From: Nitrospirales bacterium
GTDB taxonomy: Bacteria > Nitrospirota > Nitrospiria > Nitrospirales > UBA8639
DNA length: 64,000 nt
Direction: 5' to 3'
Assembly: GCA_963555755.3 (NCBI GenBank)
Contig: OY820905.2
Coordinates: 3,488,001-3,552,000, forward strand
A program made the position numbers and the translations under genes. Shown here in pieces: positions 60,972 to 64,000 of the stretch. The number at the start of each line of letters is the position of its first letter. Within the stretch, counting starts at the first letter, position 1. The notes under the pieces were generated by a model. The model did not search any database, was not told the origin of the DNA, and was given only the letters and a program-made list of their open reading frames with translations.

Positions 60972-61505
60972 ATGAAAAAATTAATTCATAGTTTGTTGAC
61001 CATGCTTCTGATCTGTCTGAGTTATTTAGGAACCATGGGGGCCACGACAGCAGGGGAGGAAGGTTCCTTACGCGATCCGTTTGCCTATTGCGCAACGGTG
61101 GGAACCATCGATGCCCCCGGACCCCGGTACATCGGGCCGGCCATGCCGGAAGGGATTATTCGACAGCTCAAGGATGCGTTCGGCTTGGCTGCGGATGTCT
61201 CCCTTGCGCCCTTGCTCAAGGGTTGGGCCTGGCGGTGTATGGAGGGCAAGGTCTACGCGTGTATGGTGGGTGCAAATCTTCCCTGTACGACGAAGGCTGA
61301 TAGCAGTCCCGAACCAGCCAAGCCCCTACGGGAGTTCTGCCGTACTCGATTCAACGCCGCCGCAATTCCCGCAGTCGTGACCGGACGGGCCACGATCTAT
61401 GCTTGGCGTTGCTCGGGAGGCCAGCCGATCATCGATAGACAAATGAGTCAGGTCGACCACGCTGGCTTCCTTTCCGACATCTGGTACCAGATCAGTCCCG
61501 AATGA
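60972..61505 (+). CDS. exported cysteine-rich hypothetical protein
   Basis: MKK signal peptide; DPFAYC..VGTIDAP, WRCMEGKVYAC.VGANLPC, WRC. Confidence 0.7.
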   Translation: MKKLIHSLLTMLLICLSYLGTMGATTAGEEGSLRDPFAYCATVGTIDAPGPRYIGPAMPEGIIRQLKDAFGLAADVSLAPLLKGWAWRCMEGKVYACMVGANLPCTTKADSSPEPAKPLREFCRTRFNAAAIPAVVTGRATIYAWRCSGGQPIIDRQMSQVDHAGFLSDIWYQISPE

Positions 61506-61569
61506 CTGGCACGCCAGATTTGGTCCGGTCACGACCCTCCGGTTAGGGGTCAGGTTAGGGGTCAGGTCT

Positions 61570-63038
61570 CAATACTGTTCACTTAGATATCTTCGGTGGT
61601 TTGATGGATGGTGTCCAGTCAATTTGCGCAACGGGCGGTCTCGGACGTTTGTACGGTGCGTATGGAGAGTTTCGGCGTTTCACCATCCTCGGCTTGATTT
61701 TTCCACGACTGGATTCACACAACAGTTTCGCCGTCGCCTCAAACAGCAGCCGATACCATGTTTTTTGGCGCTCAGGGGGGAAGGGCCCCAGATTGGGGCA
61801 GGGTTCGACGCACTAACTGCACCGTGGCCGTAAAAGATACTGTGCGGTCCGGGATGTCTGCCTGGGTGGCCCCTTGATACATCAACCAGCGCACGGCGTA
61901 GTGGGCCATCACCCATCCGTAGAACTCTTGACGCACCAACTCTGGCGTTTTACTGCGCAGGACGCGACGACGTTGCCTCAGGTGCGTCTTCAGCTCATCA
62001 AACACCAATTCCACCTCCCAGCGCTCGTGATACAGTTGAGCCAGGTCCTGGGCGGGTGCGCCTTGGTCATCCAGCAGCGTGGTGACGAGACGGTACAGCG
62101 GTTCGCTATTGGGCCCCTGCGGTAAGACATACTCAATCACCCTGATGGCGATCCCATCAATTCGCTTTCTTCTGGCGCGTTCACTGGGATACAGATGGCT
62201 CAGGTACGAGCCATCGTCCAACAGCTTGTCAACTGGAAGGATCAAGCTCTTCGGCATGCGCCAGAGTAGTTGCGCTCCGGTCTGAAGGCCGGCCTGCCAA
62301 TGGGCGTACCCGACAAAGCCGCGATCGGCCATGCAGAGCATGTCGGGCGTGAGGCGACGCACCAAGGGCGCGGCCACCTCCCATTCGGCCTGCTTATAGG
62401 CCCCTAGTTCGGCATCCAAAATGGCGTGACTGGCACATTCCGTCAAAATGGCGCACTGGGCTTGGGGGTAGCCGGCCTGCCCGGTTCGGCTGCCTGGGTA
62501 CCCAAAGGCTTGCACATTGGCTTCCTCATCCGGGACCTCAAAGTTGGAGCCATCTATCGCGACGAGTCGGTAGCCTGCAAAAAAGGCGTGGGCATGCTCT
62601 GGACGAGCCAACGGGCGCAAGCAGCGCTGTCCAATGGCTTTCAGCGCCTGCCACGTCAGCCGTGAGCGGGCTTTGCTGGTGGCGGATTTGACAACGCTCA
62701 CGGGAGCAACGGGTTTGTGGTCTTTCCATGCCAGCCCTTGGGCCACAGCGGCAAACACCGCTTCGTACGCGGCCTCGCTGTATAAGCTCAACGCCATGGT
62801 GTAGTACACCACGGCAGAAGCGGGAAAGGTGCGGACACGTTCACTGTTACAATGATGTGCGTCAAGTTCTTCGTTGATGATGGCCACCGGAAAGGCACGA
62901 GCCAGTAATCCCGTGCTCAAATAATCCGCCAATCGAGCCCCCGCCCCCAAGCCGACTTTCTTTCTTGCCATGTTGCCTCCTCCCAGATTACGTGTGGAGG
63001 CGAAGTATAACAGATTTTCATCTAAGTGAACAGTATTG
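61570..63038 (-). mobile_element. IS4-family element, copy 1
   Basis: TIR CAATACTGTTCACTTAGAT; 10-bp TSD GGTCAGGTCT at 61560-61569 and 63039-63048. Confidence 0.95.
61772..62971 (-). CDS. IS4 transposase
   Basis: VAIDGS, MADRGF, YHERWEVELVFDELK, LRSKTPELVRQE. Confidence 0.93.
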   Translation of the reverse strand: MARKKVGLGAGARLADYLSTGLLARAFPVAIINEELDAHHCNSERVRTFPASAVVYYTMALSLYSEAAYEAVFAAVAQGLAWKDHKPVAPVSVVKSATSKARSRLTWQALKAIGQRCLRPLARPEHAHAFFAGYRLVAIDGSNFEVPDEEANVQAFGYPGSRTGQAGYPQAQCAILTECASHAILDAELGAYKQAEWEVAAPLVRRLTPDMLCMADRGFVGYAHWQAGLQTGAQLLWRMPKSLILPVDKLLDDGSYLSHLYPSERARRKRIDGIAIRVIEYVLPQGPNSEPLYRLVTTLLDDQGAPAQDLAQLYHERWEVELVFDELKTHLRQRRRVLRSKTPELVRQEFYGWVMAHYAVRWLMYQGATQADIPDRTVSFTATVQLVRRTLPQSGALPP

Positions 63039-63240
63039 GGTCAGGTCTTGCAATGCCATATCACTTCGGCTTCTCTTCCTCCGCTCACTTTACCACTCGA
63101 CTGACGATACTGTCATGGACGCCAAAATACTCGGCAATGTCCTTTTTGGTGTATCCCCCAGAAGTAAACGCAAGGGTTATCGTACGATAAATGTTGCGGG
63201 TGGTCAGGGCACCCCGTATGTGGCACTGCAAGACCTGACC
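63039..63240 (-). pseudogene. remnant of a REP-associated tyrosine transposase (C-terminal HTH) between inverted REP-like ends
   Basis: Ends GGTCAGGTCTTGCA / TGCAAGACCTGACC; minus-strand AFTSGGYTKKDIAEYFGVHDSIVSRVVK*. Confidence 0.6.
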
Positions 63241-64000
63241 CAATACTGTTCACTTAGATGAAAATCTGTTATACTTCGCCTCCACACGTAATCTGGGAGG
63301 AGGCAACATGGCAAGAAAGAAAGTCGGCTTGGGGGCGGGGGCTCGATTGGCGGATTATTTGAGCACGGGATTACTGGCTCGTGCCTTTCCGGTGGCCATC
63401 ATCAACGAAGAACTTGACGCACATCATTGTAACAGTGAACGTGTCCGCACCTTTCCCGCTTCTGCCGTGGTGTACTACACCATGGCGTTGAGCTTATACA
63501 GCGAGGCCGCGTACGAAGCGGTGTTTGCCGCTGTGGCCCAAGGGCTGGCATGGAAAGACCACAAACCCGTTGCTCCCGTGAGCGTTGTCAAATCCGCCAT
63601 CAGCAAAGCCCGCTCACGGCTGACGTGGCAGGCGCTGAAAGCCATTGGACAGCGCTGCTTGCGCCCGTTGGCTCGTCCAGAGCATGCCCACGCCTTTTTT
63701 GCAGGCTACCGACTCGTCGCGATAGATGGCTCCAACTTTGAGGTCCCGGATGAGGAAGCCAATGTGCAAGCCTTTGGGTACCCAGGCAGCCGAACCGGGC
63801 AGGCCGGCTACCCCCAAGCCCAGTGCGCCATTTTGACGGAATGTGCCAGTCACGCCATTTTGGATGCCGAACTAGGGGCCTATAAGCAGGCCGAATGGGA
63901 GGTGGCCGCGCCCTTGGTGCGTCGCCTCACGCCCGACATGCTCTGCATGGCCGATCGCGGCTTTGTCGGGTACGCCCATTGGCAGGCCGGCCTTCAGACC
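63241..64000 (+). mobile_element. IS4-family element, copy 2 (partial, inverted; transposase starts at 63308)
   Basis: Near-identical reverse complement of copy 1 (ACC vs ATC seen at KSA[T/I]SK); preceded by AGACCTGACC. Confidence 0.95.

Noticed and set aside
1..64000. tRNA or rRNA genes
   Set aside because: None recognised by eye; tRNAscan-SE and cmscan were not run.

Overview
Bacterial window, probably from a Nitrospirales-like chemolithoautotroph (inferred from gene content and style, not from a marker gene). 1-24 kb is mostly housekeeping: pgl, family-5 UDG, glycerate kinase, purC, HU, gcvP and a PriA with degenerate helicase motifs, plus an ECF sigma/anti-sigma operon broken by an IS1595 element and many ~120-300 bp MITE/REP-like repeats. 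24-44.5 kb is an apparent inorganic-carbon uptake region. One operon joins DabA (DUF2309) to Mrp-type subunits E,F,G,B',B,C,D and NuoL/NuoM-like subunits, and its NuoL carries four tandem 27-aa repeats in the lateral-helix region. Next to it are a divergent DUF2294 gene, a SulP transporter, a sigma54-driven small ORF, a heme-c protein, a two-component system and a class III cyclase-PilZ fusion. The dabA and sulP leaders share a conserved, covarying hairpin + AGUGCAA + terminator motif, the best candidate here for an undescribed regulatory system. 45-64 kb is dense in mobile elements: IS256, an ISAs1 composite transposon splitting a secretin gene, a group II intron just before csrA, an IS481 remnant, an rve transposase, and two IS4 copies inserted into the REP-like ends of a RAYT remnant. 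No database searches were run; family calls come from recognised motifs.
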